A DNA stretch of 64,000 nucleotides from Synechococcaceae cyanobacterium (GTDB lineage: Bacteria; Cyanobacteriota; Cyanobacteriia; PCC-6307; Cyanobiaceae), in NCBI GenBank assembly GCA_035285905.1, contig JAYKJA010000008.1, positions 30,728 to 94,727 of the forward strand. Direction: 5' to 3'. The position numbers and the translations under genes are program-made. A model generated the notes under the pieces. It saw only the letters and a program-made list of their open reading frames with translations, searched no databases and was not told the origin of the DNA. Positions 41,714-53,262 of the stretch are shown piece by piece. The stretch's first letter is position 1; each line of letters begins with the position of its first letter.

Positions 41714-43804
41714 TCAGGCGGCGGGCTGGCCGGCCGTGGCTTCGTAGCCGGCGCAACGGTGGCGATCGAGTTGCTCGAGGTAGCGGCGCTCGTTGTAGTA
41801 AGCGTCCTGAAAACGCAGCGCATCGGCATTGAGCTGCAGGAACAGGGCATCGATGCGTTGCTCCATGTCCAGCGGGGCGAGGGGGTTGGGCCCGGACGGA
41901 ACCGCGGCGGGCTCGGGGGGCGCCTCGCCACCCTGCAGCAACCTGGCGATGCAGTGCTCCAGGGTGGCGAGCTGCTGGGCCCGCCAGGCGTCGAGCAGAT
42001 GGCGGCAGCGGCGCAGACAGCGCAGCCGTTCCAGCGAGGCGGTGGCGCCGCGGAGCTGCAGCAGCGGCTGACTCAGGGACAGGCGTTGCAGTTCGCTGGG
42101 TTCCAGCAGCGGAGTCAGGCGGGCGGGATGCTCGCCGTTGTCGAGCAGCAACCGGTCGGAGAGAAGACGGGGCAGATCGAGGCAGGAGAGGTCGTCGCCG
42201 GGATCGTGGCCCCGGTTGATCGCCTCGAGACGGCCGGAACCGAGGTTGTCCTCCTCGATCTCACCGATGCTGGCCCAGAGCAGGCGATGGGGTTGGAGGG
42301 CGAAATCCTCCAGCTCGCGCCGACGCAGTTCGGCCCGGATGGCCCCACGCCAGGTGGGGCAGTGCAGATAGAGCCGCAGAACCTCCGCCTCGGCCCGCTC
42401 CCGCAGGCTGGCCTGCTCGGGCTGCTCCCAGCGGGAGGAGCGGCCATGCCAGCGCTGGCCGCGCACCTGCTGGCGCAGGTCGTCCTCGAGCTGCAGCGCC
42501 AGGCGGGCCTGGCCACCGGCGAGGCGTTCCGCCACCTGCTGCAGGTAGCGGCTGCGCACGGCCGACTGGGGCAGCTTGCCGAGCAGGGCCACCAGGGCAG
42601 AAACCGCCTGCTGGAACTGATCCGACAGGCTGAGATCGCGGCCGGCGAGCACCTGATCGATCTGCCAGTCCAGCCAGAGCGGGGCCTGGTCGATCAGGGC
42701 GCGGTAATCGCCGGGGCCGTGGTCGCGCAGAAACTCATCGGGATCCTTGCCGGAGGGCAGGTGCAGCACCCGCAGCTCCAGCTGGTTCTGCAGGGCCAGC
42801 TGCTCCACCTCCCCGATGGCCCGTTGGGCGGCGCGCACGCCGGCACCATCGCTGTCGAAGTTGAGGATCAGGCGCCGGCCGTCGCAGAGGCGGCAGAGCT
42901 GGGTGACCTGATGGCGGCTGAGGGCAGTACCCAGGGCGGCGACGGCGTTGGTGATACCGGCGGCATGCAGGGCGATCACGTCGAAGTAACCCTCCACCAC
43001 CACGGCCCGGTCGGCCCGGCGGATGGCGTCGGCGGCACGGTCGAGACCGAACAGGTGCTTGCCCTTCTCGAACACGTCCGTCTCGGGCGAGTTGAGGTAT
43101 TTGGGTTCACTGCCGTCGAGGCTGCGGCCGCCGAACCCGATGACGCGGCCCTGCCGGTCGCGGATCGGCACCATCAGCCGCTGGCGGAAGCGGTCGTAGT
43201 AACCGTTGCCGCCCTTGCGGGCGACCACCAGTCCCGCCTCCACCAGCAGCTCCACCGGCAGGGATTCCACCTGCTGCAGGTGACGCAGCAGGCCATCCCA
43301 GCCCTCTGGTGCATAGCCGAGGCCGAAGCTCTCGATGCTGGTGGCGTCAAGCCGACGCTGATCCCGCAGGTAGGCCAGGGCCTGCGCCCCGCCGTCCTGG
43401 CGCAGCTGATCGCGGTACCAGCCGGCGGCGAGGTTGAGCACGCGGTAGAGCTGCTCACGGCGCGAGAGCTGCTGGCGCAGACGCTCCTGCTGGGGAGCAT
43501 CGAGGGTTTCGACCGGCAGCTGGTAGCGGCGGGCCAGCTCGAGCACCACCTCGCTGAAGCTGCTGCGCTGCAGTTCCATCAGGAACTTGATGGCGTTGCC
43601 GCCGGCCCCGCAGGAGAAGCAGTAATAAAACTGCTTGGCGGGAGACACGGTCATCGACGGCGAACCGTCGTCGTGGAAGGGGCAGAGGCCGACGAATTCC
43701 CGGCCCCGCTTGCGCAGCACGACGTGATCGCCGACCACATCCACGATGTCGGCCCGCTCCTTGACGGCCTCGATGGTGCGCGGATGAAGCCGGGGAGAGG
43801 TCAC
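41714..43804 (-). CDS. dnaG: DNA primase
   Basis: CPFH..CFSC zinc finger, KYLNSPET, EGYFD, FDSDGAG, KDPD. Confidence 0.98.
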   Translation of the reverse strand: MTSPRLHPRTIEAVKERADIVDVVGDHVVLRKRGREFVGLCPFHDDGSPSMTVSPAKQFYYCFSCGAGGNAIKFLMELQRSSFSEVVLELARRYQLPVETLDAPQQERLRQQLSRREQLYRVLNLAAGWYRDQLRQDGGAQALAYLRDQRRLDATSIESFGLGYAPEGWDGLLRHLQQVESLPVELLVEAGLVVARKGGNGYYDRFRQRLMVPIRDRQGRVIGFGGRSLDGSEPKYLNSPETDVFEKGKHLFGLDRAADAIRRADRAVVVEGYFDVIALHAAGITNAVAALGTALSRHQVTQLCRLCDGRRLILNFDSDGAGVRAAQRAIGEVEQLALQNQLELRVLHLPSGKDPDEFLRDHGPGDYRALIDQAPLWLDWQIDQVLAGRDLSLSDQFQQAVSALVALLGKLPQSAVRSRYLQQVAERLAGGQARLALQLEDDLRQQVRGQRWHGRSSRWEQPEQASLRERAEAEVLRLYLHCPTWRGAIRAELRRRELEDFALQPHRLLWASIGEIEEDNLGSGRLEAINRGHDPGDDLSCLDLPRLLSDRLLLDNGEHPARLTPLLEPSELQRLSLSQPLLQLRGATASLERLRCLRRCRHLLDAWRAQQLATLEHCIARLLQGGEAPPEPAAVPSGPNPLAPLDMEQRIDALFLQLNADALRFQDAYYNERRYLEQLDRHRCAGYEATAGQPAA

Positions 43805-44083
43805 GGTCAGGGGGCGGTCGGGTCGGGTCGGGCACCATCGGTGGTGCCCGCCTCCTCACCATTGTGCCCCTGACCACCAGCGATGGGGCGACTGCCGGAT
43901 CGCGGCGGCGTGGGCTGAGGTCTCGCCGATCACCGGCCGTAGCATCACCCGAGTGGCTGCCGGCTGGAGATGCTGAGCCTTCCCGTTCTGCCGGCCGACG
44001 TCGGCGGGATCATGCGCTCGGCGGCGGAACCGTTGCTGGCGGCCACGTCAGGCGAGCTGCGCGCCGGAGAGATCCCGCTGCCG

Positions 44084-45355
44084 ATGCTGATGATCTCCAC
44101 GGGAGGCATCTTCCTTGGCACCCTGGCAATCAGCAAGTTCTCCTTGAAGATCGGCGTTCCAGCTGTGCTCGGAGTACTGATCTTCGGACTGATGATTGAT
44201 CCGAATGTCGAGATCTTCAATCATAATCGCATTCAGATGCTGCATACTCTCAGCCTCTCGATGCTGCTCTTCTATGCCGGTCTGAAAACCCAGTTCCGGT
44301 CGATCAGGGGATTTCTCGAATACGGGATCCTGCTGGCGGTGGTGGGGGTGGTGAGCAGCTCGCTTGTGCTGGGTCTGATCACCTGGTGCACCGCTTCCCC
44401 CAGCAACAGCGCACACCTGGGCCTGGGATTCCTGGAACTGCCGATGTCCATCGCCCTGCTGGTGGCGGCCTGCCTGGGTTCGATCGACGCCGGCGCCACC
44501 ATCAGTGTGCTGGAGGATCAACGGCACAGCTTTCCACAACGCCTGCGCTCTCTGCTGGAGTTTGAATCCTCCCTGAGCGATCCGCTGGCGATTCTGTTCG
44601 TCGGCCTGGTCGTCGGCCTGGCCACCAGCTCGTCGGCGGTGAGCAAGGAGGCGCTGATGCTGGGACAGCTGCAGCTGTTCATCCAGAAGATCGCCTCCGG
44701 CATGCTGATCGGTGTGGTGGTTGGCTATCTGGCGCGCTTCAGTCTGGAGCAGCTGGTGCGCGATCACGATCAGCTGCTGATCCTGGGCATCTCCATCGCC
44801 CTGCTCTCCTATGGCGTGGCCGATACCCTTGGCGGTTCCGGGTTCATCGCCACCTACGTCACCGGGCTGTTCCTGAGCAACAACAGCTATCGCAACACCC
44901 ACATCTCCCCGGAAGCGCTGCAGAAGACGCTGCTGCCGTTCAACACGATGACCGAGATCTCCGTGTTCCTGATCTTCGGCCTGGTGATGGATCCCCTCAA
45001 GCTCCTGCCGGCGATCCCGGAAGGTCTGGTGGTGGGCCTGGCGCTGATGCTGGTGGCCCGGCCCCTGAGCGTGCTGCTGGTGCAGCACTGGTCGCCGTTC
45101 AACCGTCGCGAGGCCCTGCTGATCTCCTGGTGCGGCCTGCGCGGGGCCGTGCCCCTGGCCCTGAGCGTCGAAGTGGTGCAGATGATCCCCCACCTGCAGG
45201 GAGTCGATCCCTCCCAGGTCACGGACCTGGTCCGCACCTGCGAGGGCATCGTCTTCACCGCCGTGGTGCTGACCCTGCTGGTGCAGGCCCTGAGCCTCCA
45301 CTGGCTCGCCAGGCGCCTCGGTCTGCTGGATGGAGCCCAGGCGGCACCGGGCTGA
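44084..45355 (+). CDS. CPA1-family cation/H+ antiporter (NhaP2/CvrA-like membrane domain)
   Basis: Multi-TM, LLFYAGL, SIDAGA, FESSLSDP, WCGLRGAVP; start may be further upstream (43970). Confidence 0.87.
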   Translation: MLMISTGGIFLGTLAISKFSLKIGVPAVLGVLIFGLMIDPNVEIFNHNRIQMLHTLSLSMLLFYAGLKTQFRSIRGFLEYGILLAVVGVVSSSLVLGLITWCTASPSNSAHLGLGFLELPMSIALLVAACLGSIDAGATISVLEDQRHSFPQRLRSLLEFESSLSDPLAILFVGLVVGLATSSSAVSKEALMLGQLQLFIQKIASGMLIGVVVGYLARFSLEQLVRDHDQLLILGISIALLSYGVADTLGGSGFIATYVTGLFLSNNSYRNTHISPEALQKTLLPFNTMTEISVFLIFGLVMDPLKLLPAIPEGLVVGLALMLVARPLSVLLVQHWSPFNRREALLISWCGLRGAVPLALSVEVVQMIPHLQGVDPSQVTDLVRTCEGIVFTAVVLTLLVQALSLHWLARRLGLLDGAQAAPG

Positions 45356-45496
45356 AGCTGCCGGGTCCCGCAGGCCCCTGCCCCCGCCTGCGGGAGGAGG
45401 GAGCAAACCAGTCGTCCCCAGATGGACCGCAGAACCCTGGGAGCCACAGGGTGCAGTCCCGGATTCTCCTCGGCGGCGGTATCGCGCAGTCCCCGC

Positions 45497-45961
45497 TCAG
45501 CCGCCACGCTGCGGTGACAGCGGCAGGGGATCCGTGAGCCAGCGTTGCTGGCCGTCGTCACTGGCCACCGGGCGGGCAAGCCGCCAGCTCTGGCGGCGCT
45601 CACCCCGCTGCAGGAAGAGCTCGAAGGGCGAATCCACCCGGATCGGATCCTCGGCCAGGCGCCAGTCGAAGCGGCCGGTGAGCCGCAGCCCCTCGTCCTC
45701 TCCGATGCGCACGGCCTGCTGCTGCTCCACCCGCACGCGGCTGACCTGGGGTGGAGCCGCCGGCTCGAGAGCCAGGGCCTGGGACACCTCGGCCTGGGTG
45801 AGCTGGATCTGCAGCGACAGGGCCTCGAGCACCACAATCCGCGGCGGCGCCATCGACCCCGGGCAGCCCCCCAGCAGCAGGGCCAGCAGGGGCGCCAGCA
45901 GCAACGCCCACCAGCGCGCCGGACCGGGGGGGCAGGCGGGGCTAGGCAGGGCGGGCAGCAT
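45497..45961 (-). CDS. hypothetical lipoprotein
   Basis: LLLGGC lipobox; ALSLQIQLTQ, FELFLQRGE..QSWRLARP. Confidence 0.75.
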   Translation of the reverse strand: MLPALPSPACPPGPARWWALLLAPLLALLLGGCPGSMAPPRIVVLEALSLQIQLTQAEVSQALALEPAAPPQVSRVRVEQQQAVRIGEDEGLRLTGRFDWRLAEDPIRVDSPFELFLQRGERRQSWRLARPVASDDGQQRWLTDPLPLSPQRGG

Positions 45962-45982
45962 GGTGGCGAGGCGGAGGGACCC

Positions 45983-46627
45983 ATGATCGGCTGGCTGCAG
46001 GGCGAACTTGCCGATCCCTGGCAGCAGGGGAGCCGTTGTGGATTGCTCCTGATCTGTAGCGGAGTGGGCTACGAAGTGCAGCTCAGTCAGCGCCATTGGC
46101 AGCAGTTGCCCGCAGTGGGCAGTCAACTGCAGCTGCACATCCACCACAGCATCCGCGAGGACGGCTGGACCCTGTTCGGCTTTCCGCAGCGCCAGGAGCG
46201 GGACCTGTTCCGGGAGCTGGTGTCCGTCAGTGGCGTCGGTCCACAGATGGGCCTGGGGCTGCTGGGTTGCCTGGCGGCCGAGGAGCTGGTGCTGGCGATC
46301 GTGCAGAGCGACCTGCGGCAGCTCAGCCAGGCTCCGGGCGTGGGACGGCGCACCGCCGAACGCCTGGCGGTGGAACTGCGCCAGCGGCTGCAGGAGCGCT
46401 TCGCCGCCTGGATCGTTCTGCCCACCGAGGAGGAGGACCCCCAGCTGCCGCTGCCGCCTTCGGCGCAGCGACACGACCTGCAGCTGACCCTGGCGGCCCT
46501 GGGCTACGAGAGCCTGGAGATCCAGCGGGCGCTGCGGGCCGTGGCGGCGACCGGCCTGGCGGCCGATGCGGGGGACGACGCCTGGATCCGGGATTGCCTG
46601 CGCTGGTTGTCCCGGGGGGAGGCCTGA
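45983..46627 (+). CDS. ruvA: Holliday junction branch migration protein RuvA
   Basis: MIGWLQG, GVGYEV, VSGVGP, PGVGRRTAERL. Confidence 0.96.
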   Translation: MIGWLQGELADPWQQGSRCGLLLICSGVGYEVQLSQRHWQQLPAVGSQLQLHIHHSIREDGWTLFGFPQRQERDLFRELVSVSGVGPQMGLGLLGCLAAEELVLAIVQSDLRQLSQAPGVGRRTAERLAVELRQRLQERFAAWIVLPTEEEDPQLPLPPSAQRHDLQLTLAALGYESLEIQRALRAVAATGLAADAGDDAWIRDCLRWLSRGEA

Positions 46628-46687
46628 GGCCTCAGGCGGGTCACGCGGTAAGGTATCTCTTTGCTCCTTTCGGGCCAAATCCTGCCC

Positions 46688-46957
46688 ATGTCGCTCACCA
46701 CCACCCGGAAACAGGAACTCATCAATACCCATCAGACCCATGGCACCGACACGGGATCGGTGGAGGTTCAGGTGGCCATGCTGAGTGAGCGGATCAACCA
46801 GCTCAGCGGACACCTGCAGAAGAACATCCACGATTTCTCCTCCCGTCAGGGCCTGCTGAAGATGATCGGCCGTCGCAAGCGTCTGCTCGGCTATCTGCGC
46901 AGCCGCAGCGAAGCGCGGTACAGCGCCCTGATCAGCTCCCTCGGCATCCGCGGCTGA
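46688..46957 (+). CDS. rpsO: 30S ribosomal protein S15
   Basis: [30 protein letters not shown]. Confidence 0.99.
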   Translation: MSLTTTRKQELINTHQTHGTDTGSVEVQVAMLSERINQLSGHLQKNIHDFSSRQGLLKMIGRRKRLLGYLRSRSEARYSALISSLGIRG

Positions 46958-46966
46958 GGACAGACC

Positions 46967-47428
46967 ATGGGGCGTCAGCGTCATCCCGGATCGTTCGCAC
47001 CGGGCGAGCAGCCCGATCGCCCATCCGGATCCGCAGGCCGTCCTGCCGCCAGCCGTCGTCCGGCGACGAGGACGACCAGGCCGTCCAGGCCGACGGGGGC
47101 CCAGGTGATTCCGGAGCCGGTGGCCCAGAGGATGATGCGCCGCATCGCCATCGCCACCGGAATCCCCAGCCTGCTGGGCATGGCTGTGTTCGTCGGCAGC
47201 TACCTGTTGGTGAGCCGGCAGCTGCTGGACATCCCGCCGGTGGCCACCCTGCTGGCTTCCGGGGGCTGCTTCCTCCTCGGACTGCTCGGACTCAGCTACG
47301 GCGTGCTTTCGGCCAGCTGGGAGAGTGCACCGGGCAGCCTGCTTGGAGTTGAACAGCTCGGAGTGAACATCAGTCGGGTGCGCGGCTCGATCCGGGCGAT
47401 GCGCCAGGGTTCCACTCCCAGCCCCTGA
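46967..47428 (+). CDS. pam68: PAM68 family PSII assembly factor
   Basis: IP..VA.RM.RR..TGIP, GLSYGVLSASW..PGSLLG; follows rpsO. Confidence 0.92.
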   Translation: MGRQRHPGSFAPGEQPDRPSGSAGRPAASRRPATRTTRPSRPTGAQVIPEPVAQRMMRRIAIATGIPSLLGMAVFVGSYLLVSRQLLDIPPVATLLASGGCFLLGLLGLSYGVLSASWESAPGSLLGVEQLGVNISRVRGSIRAMRQGSTPSP

Positions 47429-47757
47429 ACCCATTCCCATGACTCCCTTCGTGCGCCCAGGCCACGGCGTCCTGCTGGTTGCAGCGGAGATCTGAGCGCG
47501 GAGGCAATCGCCGACCGCGAAGTCCTGCAGCGGCGATTGCTGAAGAGGGATCAAGCCGCAGGCCAGGGTCCGATGGGAGTGCCGCTGAGCCCAAATGCGG
47601 GCACCCCCTTGATGGGTATGGGCCGGAGGCCAGTCGGCATCACCAGACTGCGGCAGCTCAGTCCCTCACCCCGTGTTGGCAGCGAGTGGGCCCAGACCAC
47701 CCGAGGCAACAGGGGCCTGGAACGGTCCGGGAACAGCCAGCCGGCTCGGACCGGTGC

Positions 47758-50700
47758 TCAGGTCGCCGGCAGAGGAGCCGCTCCGCCGGAGGCCAGGGGG
47801 GTGCGCCACCAGGCCCGGAAGCGGGCGGCGGTGAGGGTCTGCACCGCGGCCTCTGCGTCAGCGACACAGAACTGGGGGCCAAGCCGCACGATGCGCGACT
47901 CGGCTCCCTCCCCCACCAGGGCCAGCACCGGAACCCGCATGCCCGCAGCGTCCTGATCGGGACGATGGCGCTGCAGACATTCGCGCAGGCGATGCTGCAC
48001 CGCGATGTCTCCGGCGTCCCCCAGCGGCAGCCTCACCAGCACCAGGGGGAGATCCTCCAGGCTGCGGCAATCATCGACGATCAGCTGCACCCGGTCGTCG
48101 CGTCGGTCGACGCTCCCCCAGATCAGCAGCCGGGCGTCGACCATCAGGTGATCCGCCAGGCGGGCATAGGTCTTGGGAAAGACCACGGCCTCGCAGCCTC
48201 CGGTGAGATCCTCCAGCTGCAGCACGGCCATGGCGTCCCCTTTGCGGGTGGTGACCCGTCGCAGCTCGGGCACCATCACGACCACGCTGACCCGCGCCTT
48301 GTCGGCCTGCTCCTCAAGGCTGGCGAGGCTGACAGGACTGAGCAGGCGGGTGCGACCGGCGATCTGCCGCAGCGGGTGGTCGGAGAGATAGAACCCGAGC
48401 AGATCCTTTTCGAGACGCAGTTTCTCGGTGGGGGGATAGTCACGCACGGGGGCGGCCTTGGGGGCGCTGCCGGCAGCGGACGCGGGGCCGGCGCTGCTGG
48501 CGGCGGAGAGCAGATCGAACAGATTGCCCTGACCGCTGGCCCGGTCGCGGGCGCGGGAACTGGCCCAGTCCAGTACCAGGTCAAGGTCGGCGACCAGCTG
48601 GGCGCGGTTGCGGTTGGGCTCGAAGGCATCGAGTGCACCGCAGTGAATCAGCGATTCCAGCCCGCGACGGTTGAGCTGCTGGGGCGGCAGACGATCGCAG
48701 AGATCGCCGAGGGACTGGAAGGGCCCATCCTGTTGGCGCAGGGCGATCAACTGACGAATCACGGAGTCCCCCAGATTGCGCACGGCCGAGAGTCCGAACA
48801 GGATGCGATCACCGATGGGAGTGAAATCAATGCCGGATGCATTGATGTCGGGGGGCATCACTTCGATGCCCATGGCGTTGCAGTTAGCGATATAACGCTG
48901 CACCCGGTCGGACTGGCCGGCATTGACCGTCAACAAGGCCGCCATGTAGGCGACGGGGTAGTGGGCCTTGAGGTAGGCGGTCTGATACGTGACCGCGCCA
49001 TAGGCCGTGGAGTGGCTCTTGTTGAAGCAGTATTCGGCGAACAGAACCATCTGCTCGAACAGGGCGGTCGCCAGAGCGGGATCAACGCCGCGCTCGCTGG
49101 CGCCGCGCACGAAGATGTCCTGGTGTTTCTCCATTTCCGATTTCTTCTTCTTCCCCATGGCGCGTCGCAACAGGTCGGCTTCACCCAGGGAGTAACCGGC
49201 CAGATCCTGGGCGATCTTCATGATCTGCTCCTGATAGACCATGATTCCGTAGGTCTCCCGCAGGATCGGCTCGAGACTGGGATGGGCGAAGTCGATCGCC
49301 TCCCGCCCGTGCTTGCGGTTGATGAACTTGGGAATCAGGCCGGCATCGAGCGGACCGGGTCGGTAGAGGGCCAGAATCGAGGAGATGTCCTCCAGGGAGG
49401 AGGGCCGCAGATCGCGCACGATCTGTCGCATGCCACTGGATTCCAGCTGGAAGATGCCCTCCAGGTCTCCGCGGGCGAGCAGGGCAAAGGTCTGCTCATC
49501 CTCGGGGGGGAGAGCGTCAGGATCGGGGCGCTCGCCGCTGCTGATGGCGACAAGATCCAGGGTCTTGTCAATCATCGTGAGGTTCTTGAGGCCGAGGAAG
49601 TCCATCTTCAGCAGGCCCATCGACTCGACGTCCTCCATGAAGTACTGGGTGATCACCTGGCCGTCGTTGTTGCGCTGCAGGGGCACCACCTGGTCGAGCG
49701 GTTCAGCGGCGATGACGACGCCGGCGGCATGCACGCCGAAGGTTTTGTTGGTGCCCTCGATGCGCATTGCCAGATCCACCCAGTGGCGCACCTTGGAATC
49801 GTTCTCGTATTTCTCGCGGAACTCGGGCGCCGGCGATTCCTGGGAGATCATCTCGCGCAGCTTGGCGGGCTTGCCGCGCACGACAGGGATCAGCTTGGCC
49901 AGGCGATCGGCCTCGCCATAGGGGATATCGAGCACCCGGGCGACATCCTTCAGCACCGCCTTGGAGGTCATGCGGTTGAAGGTGATGATCTGGGCCACCT
50001 TGTCTTCGCCATAGCGCTGGGTGACGTAATCGATCACCTCACCGCGTCGGTCGATGCAGAAGTCGGTGTCAATATCCGGCATCGACTTGCGTTCGGGGTT
50101 GAGGAAGCGCTCGAACAGCAGTCCATGTCGTACGGGATCGATGTTGGTGATGCCGAGGGCATAGGCCACCAGGGACCCCGCCGCCGATCCGCGGCCCGGA
50201 CCGACCGGGATGCCGTTCTCACGGGCGAAGCGGATGTAATCCCAGACCACAAGGAAATAGGTGGGGAAGCCCATCTGCTCCATCACCTGCAGCTCAAACT
50301 GCAGCCGCTCGCCATAGATGGGATCAAAGCTGTCGGCATCACCAAGCTCAAGCCGCCCGCGCAAGCCCTCCTCGGCGACATGGTGCAGGTAGCTGACGGC
50401 GGTGTGCCCCTCCGGGATCGGGAACCTGGGCATCTGATAACGCCCGAGGATGTCGTAGTCCTCCACCTTGTCGGCCACCTTGACCGTGTTGGCGACGGCC
50501 CTGGTGATCACCTCGGGCGGAAGATGATCGGCGAACAGGGACAGCATCTCCTGCTCGCTCTTGATGTACTCAGTACCGGTGTAGCGCAGACGCTTCTCAT
50601 CGCTGATCAGCTTGCCCGTGAGCACACATAGCAGCGCATCGTGGGCCTCCACATCATGACTGCTGAGATAGTGCGCATCATTGGTGGCGATCAGCTCGAT

Positions 50701-51300
50701 GCCGAGTTCAGCGCCGATCTTCGCCATTTCCACATTGACGATGCGATCCTCGATGCCGCCGTGATCCTGAATCTCCAGGTAGAAGTCTTCACCGAACTGC
50801 TGCTGATACCAGCGGGCCACGTCCCTGGCCACATCGGGGCGACCGCGCAGGATGGCCTGGGGAATCTCCCCGCCGAGGCAGGCGGTGGCCACGATCAGCC
50901 CCTCGCTGTGCTGTGCCAGAAGCTGCTTGTCGATGCAGGCGCGGGCGAAGATCCCCCGGCCGCGCATGCCGCGCAGATGGCTGATGCTGGTCAGGCGAAC
51001 CAGATTGCGGTAGCCCACCGCATTGCGGGCCAGCACCACCAGGTGATAGCGGCGCTCCTTCTTCGGCTGCGGATCCTCGATCGAGCCGTTGATGACATAC
51101 ATCTCATTGCCGATGATCGGCTTGATCCCGGCCTTGCCGCACAGCTTGAGCAGCTCGATCGCGCCGTACATGACGCCGTGGTCGGTGAGCGCCAGGGCCG
51201 GCATCTCCAGCGCCACGGCCCGCTCCACCATCGCCGGCAGCTGGCTCGCCCCGTCCAGCAGGCTGTAATCGCTGTGGTTGTGAAGCGGAACGAAGGCCAA
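47758..51300 (-). CDS. dnaE: DNA polymerase III alpha subunit (contiguous, no intein)
   Basis: [36 protein letters not shown]. Confidence 0.99.
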   Translation of the reverse strand: MAFVPLHNHSDYSLLDGASQLPAMVERAVALEMPALALTDHGVMYGAIELLKLCGKAGIKPIIGNEMYVINGSIEDPQPKKERRYHLVVLARNAVGYRNLVRLTSISHLRGMRGRGIFARACIDKQLLAQHSEGLIVATACLGGEIPQAILRGRPDVARDVARWYQQQFGEDFYLEIQDHGGIEDRIVNVEMAKIGAELGIELIATNDAHYLSSHDVEAHDALLCVLTGKLISDEKRLRYTGTEYIKSEQEMLSLFADHLPPEVITRAVANTVKVADKVEDYDILGRYQMPRFPIPEGHTAVSYLHHVAEEGLRGRLELGDADSFDPIYGERLQFELQVMEQMGFPTYFLVVWDYIRFARENGIPVGPGRGSAAGSLVAYALGITNIDPVRHGLLFERFLNPERKSMPDIDTDFCIDRRGEVIDYVTQRYGEDKVAQIITFNRMTSKAVLKDVARVLDIPYGEADRLAKLIPVVRGKPAKLREMISQESPAPEFREKYENDSKVRHWVDLAMRIEGTNKTFGVHAAGVVIAAEPLDQVVPLQRNNDGQVITQYFMEDVESMGLLKMDFLGLKNLTMIDKTLDLVAISSGERPDPDALPPEDEQTFALLARGDLEGIFQLESSGMRQIVRDLRPSSLEDISSILALYRPGPLDAGLIPKFINRKHGREAIDFAHPSLEPILRETYGIMVYQEQIMKIAQDLAGYSLGEADLLRRAMGKKKKSEMEKHQDIFVRGASERGVDPALATALFEQMVLFAEYCFNKSHSTAYGAVTYQTAYLKAHYPVAYMAALLTVNAGQSDRVQRYIANCNAMGIEVMPPDINASGIDFTPIGDRILFGLSAVRNLGDSVIRQLIALRQQDGPFQSLGDLCDRLPPQQLNRRGLESLIHCGALDAFEPNRNRAQLVADLDLVLDWASSRARDRASGQGNLFDLLSAASSAGPASAAGSAPKAAPVRDYPPTEKLRLEKDLLGFYLSDHPLRQIAGRTRLLSPVSLASLEEQADKARVSVVVMVPELRRVTTRKGDAMAVLQLEDLTGGCEAVVFPKTYARLADHLMVDARLLIWGSVDRRDDRVQLIVDDCRSLEDLPLVLVRLPLGDAGDIAVQHRLRECLQRHRPDQDAAGMRVPVLALVGEGAESRIVRLGPQFCVADAEAAVQTLTAARFRAWWRTPLASGGAAPLPAT

Positions 51301-51408
51301 GGCTCAGCGGCAGCTGACCCACGTTAGGAGCTGTGGCGCCACCGGCAGTGCCTCAGCCGCGCACGGCGCCCCGGCGGACACCAGCGGTGGGGGTGTCGTC
51401 CCGCCCGC

Positions 51409-52869
51409 TCAGGGCACCAGCGCCGCCTGCGGCGCCTGACGCATCACCTGGGCCGCCTGCTCGTACTGATGGGCCACGCGCAGCAGCTTGCCCTCCTCGA
51501 GCACATCTCCGATCAGCTGCAGGCCGATGGGCAGGCCTGCCCCATCGAAGCCGCAGGGCAGGCTGATCGCCGGGAGTCCGGCCAGGTTGGCTGGAATCGT
51601 CAGCAGATCCGCCAGATACATCGCCAGAGGATCCTCGCGGTGGGCCCCGAAGCGGAAGGCGGTGGTGGGCGAGGTGGGCGTCAACAGCACGTCAACGTCG
51701 GCGAAGGCGCGGCTGAAGTCCTGGCGGATCAGGGTGCGCACCTGCTGGGCCTTGCGGTAGTAGGCATCGACGTATCCGGCGGAGAGGGCATAGGTGCCGA
51801 TCAGGATGCGCCGCTTCACCTCGTCGCCGAAGCCTTCGGCACGGGACCGGGCGGTCATCGCCGCCAGGCTCTCCCCGGACTCAGCCCGGAAGCCGTATTT
51901 GACCCCGTCGTAGCGGGCCAGGTTGGCGGAGGCCTCCGAGGGAGCGATGACGTAGTAGGTGGCGATGCCGTCATCGAAGCGGGGGCAGCTCACCTCCACC
52001 AGCTCACAGCCCAGGGCCACCAGCTGGTCAGCCGCCTGCAGCACCGATTGGCGCACCTCGGCGGCGAGGCCCTGCTGCTCGAAGCACTCGCGGATCAGAC
52101 CCACCCGCAGCCCCTTGAGGGGTTGATCCAGCCCGGCGGCGTAGTCGGGGACGGGGGCCTGCAGACAGGTGGCGTCGCGAGGGTCGGCTCCGGCGATGAC
52201 CTGCAGGATCTCAGCGGCGTCCGCCACCGAATGGGCGAAGGGACCGACCTGGTCCAGGGAACTGGCGAAGGCCACCAGACCCCAGCGGCTGACGCGGCCG
52301 TAGGTGGGTTTGAGGCCGACGACCCCGCAGAAGGAGGCAGGCTGTCGGATCGAGCCGCCGGTGTCGGAGCCGAGGGAGGCGATGCATTCGCCGGCGGCCA
52401 CCGCGGCGGCGCTGCCGCCGGAGCTGCCGCCGGGCACCCGCTCCGGGTCCCAGGGGTTGCGGCTGGGGCCGAATGCCGAGGTCTCGGTCGAGCTGCCCAT
52501 GGCGAACTCGTCGAGGTTCGTCTTGCCGAGCAAGATCGCCCCGGCCTGCCAGAGCCGATCGGTGACGGTCGACTCATAGGGCGGAACGAACGCCTCCAGC
52601 ATCCGGCTGGAGCAGGTGGTGCGGATGCCGCGGGTGCAGAGGTTGTCCTTGATCGCCAGGGGGATCCCGGCGAGAGGGGGCAGGGGATCTCCGGCGGCGC
52701 GGGCGGCATCGATGCGGTCCGCATCGGCCCGGGCCCGCTCGGCGGTGACCTCGAGGAAGGCGTGAACGGTGGGATCGACCGCCTCGATCCTGGCCAGGTG
52801 CTGGTCGGTCAGCTCGCGGGCGGACACCTCACCGCGCACCAGTTGCTGCCGCCACTCGGCGATCCCCAT
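51409..52869 (-). CDS. gatA: Asp/Glu-tRNA amidotransferase subunit A
   Basis: [31 protein letters not shown]. Confidence 0.98.
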   Translation of the reverse strand: MGIAEWRQQLVRGEVSARELTDQHLARIEAVDPTVHAFLEVTAERARADADRIDAARAAGDPLPPLAGIPLAIKDNLCTRGIRTTCSSRMLEAFVPPYESTVTDRLWQAGAILLGKTNLDEFAMGSSTETSAFGPSRNPWDPERVPGGSSGGSAAAVAAGECIASLGSDTGGSIRQPASFCGVVGLKPTYGRVSRWGLVAFASSLDQVGPFAHSVADAAEILQVIAGADPRDATCLQAPVPDYAAGLDQPLKGLRVGLIRECFEQQGLAAEVRQSVLQAADQLVALGCELVEVSCPRFDDGIATYYVIAPSEASANLARYDGVKYGFRAESGESLAAMTARSRAEGFGDEVKRRILIGTYALSAGYVDAYYRKAQQVRTLIRQDFSRAFADVDVLLTPTSPTTAFRFGAHREDPLAMYLADLLTIPANLAGLPAISLPCGFDGAGLPIGLQLIGDVLEEGKLLRVAHQYEQAAQVMRQAPQAALVP

Positions 52870-52928
52870 ACCCTGCTGCCCTTGCTGGTGGTGGGGACGC
52901 TATCAGGCGAGCTCGCAGAGGCGGCGCC

Positions 52929-53198
52929 TCAGCCGGGGAGGCTCTCGCCGGCGTTGGCCTCGGCCGTTTCCGTGAGCGGCTCCCGGCGGCAGGTCCGCAG
53001 GAGTTCATGCTCAAGGCCGGCGGGACCCTCCGAACGCAGATCGGCCAGAAAGGGGGGGAGGGCCTCCTCGAGGGTGGCGCGACGCACGAAGGGACCGAAC
53101 CAGTAGACCGCATCGGGAGAGCGGGTCTCCACCCGGGCCCACCAGGCCAGCCCCAGTCCGTTGGCAACGCGGCGGACGGGCCAGAACAGGGGATTCAT
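52929..53198 (-). CDS. DUF1816 family protein
   Basis: GLAWWARVET..P...YWFGPF....F..DL..EG. Confidence 0.85.
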   Translation of the reverse strand: MNPLFWPVRRVANGLGLAWWARVETRSPDAVYWFGPFVRRATLEEALPPFLADLRSEGPAGLEHELLRTCRREPLTETAEANAGESLPG

Positions 53199-53262
53199 GG
53201 ACGGGGGCAGCACAGTGCCCATTCTGGACTGCGCCGTCCGAGTCGGCCGCGGCTTGTCGCGT

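Noticed and set aside
43805-44083. c-di-AMP or Na+ riboswitch before the antiporter
   Set aside because: No recognisable aptamer consensus; part of the region may be coding
47429-47757. Small ORFs or ncRNA between pam68 and dnaE
   Set aside because: No coding bias, terminator or known motif
49000-49050. Split or intein-containing dnaE
   Set aside because: The FAEY|CFNKSH junction is contiguous, as expected for picocyanobacteria
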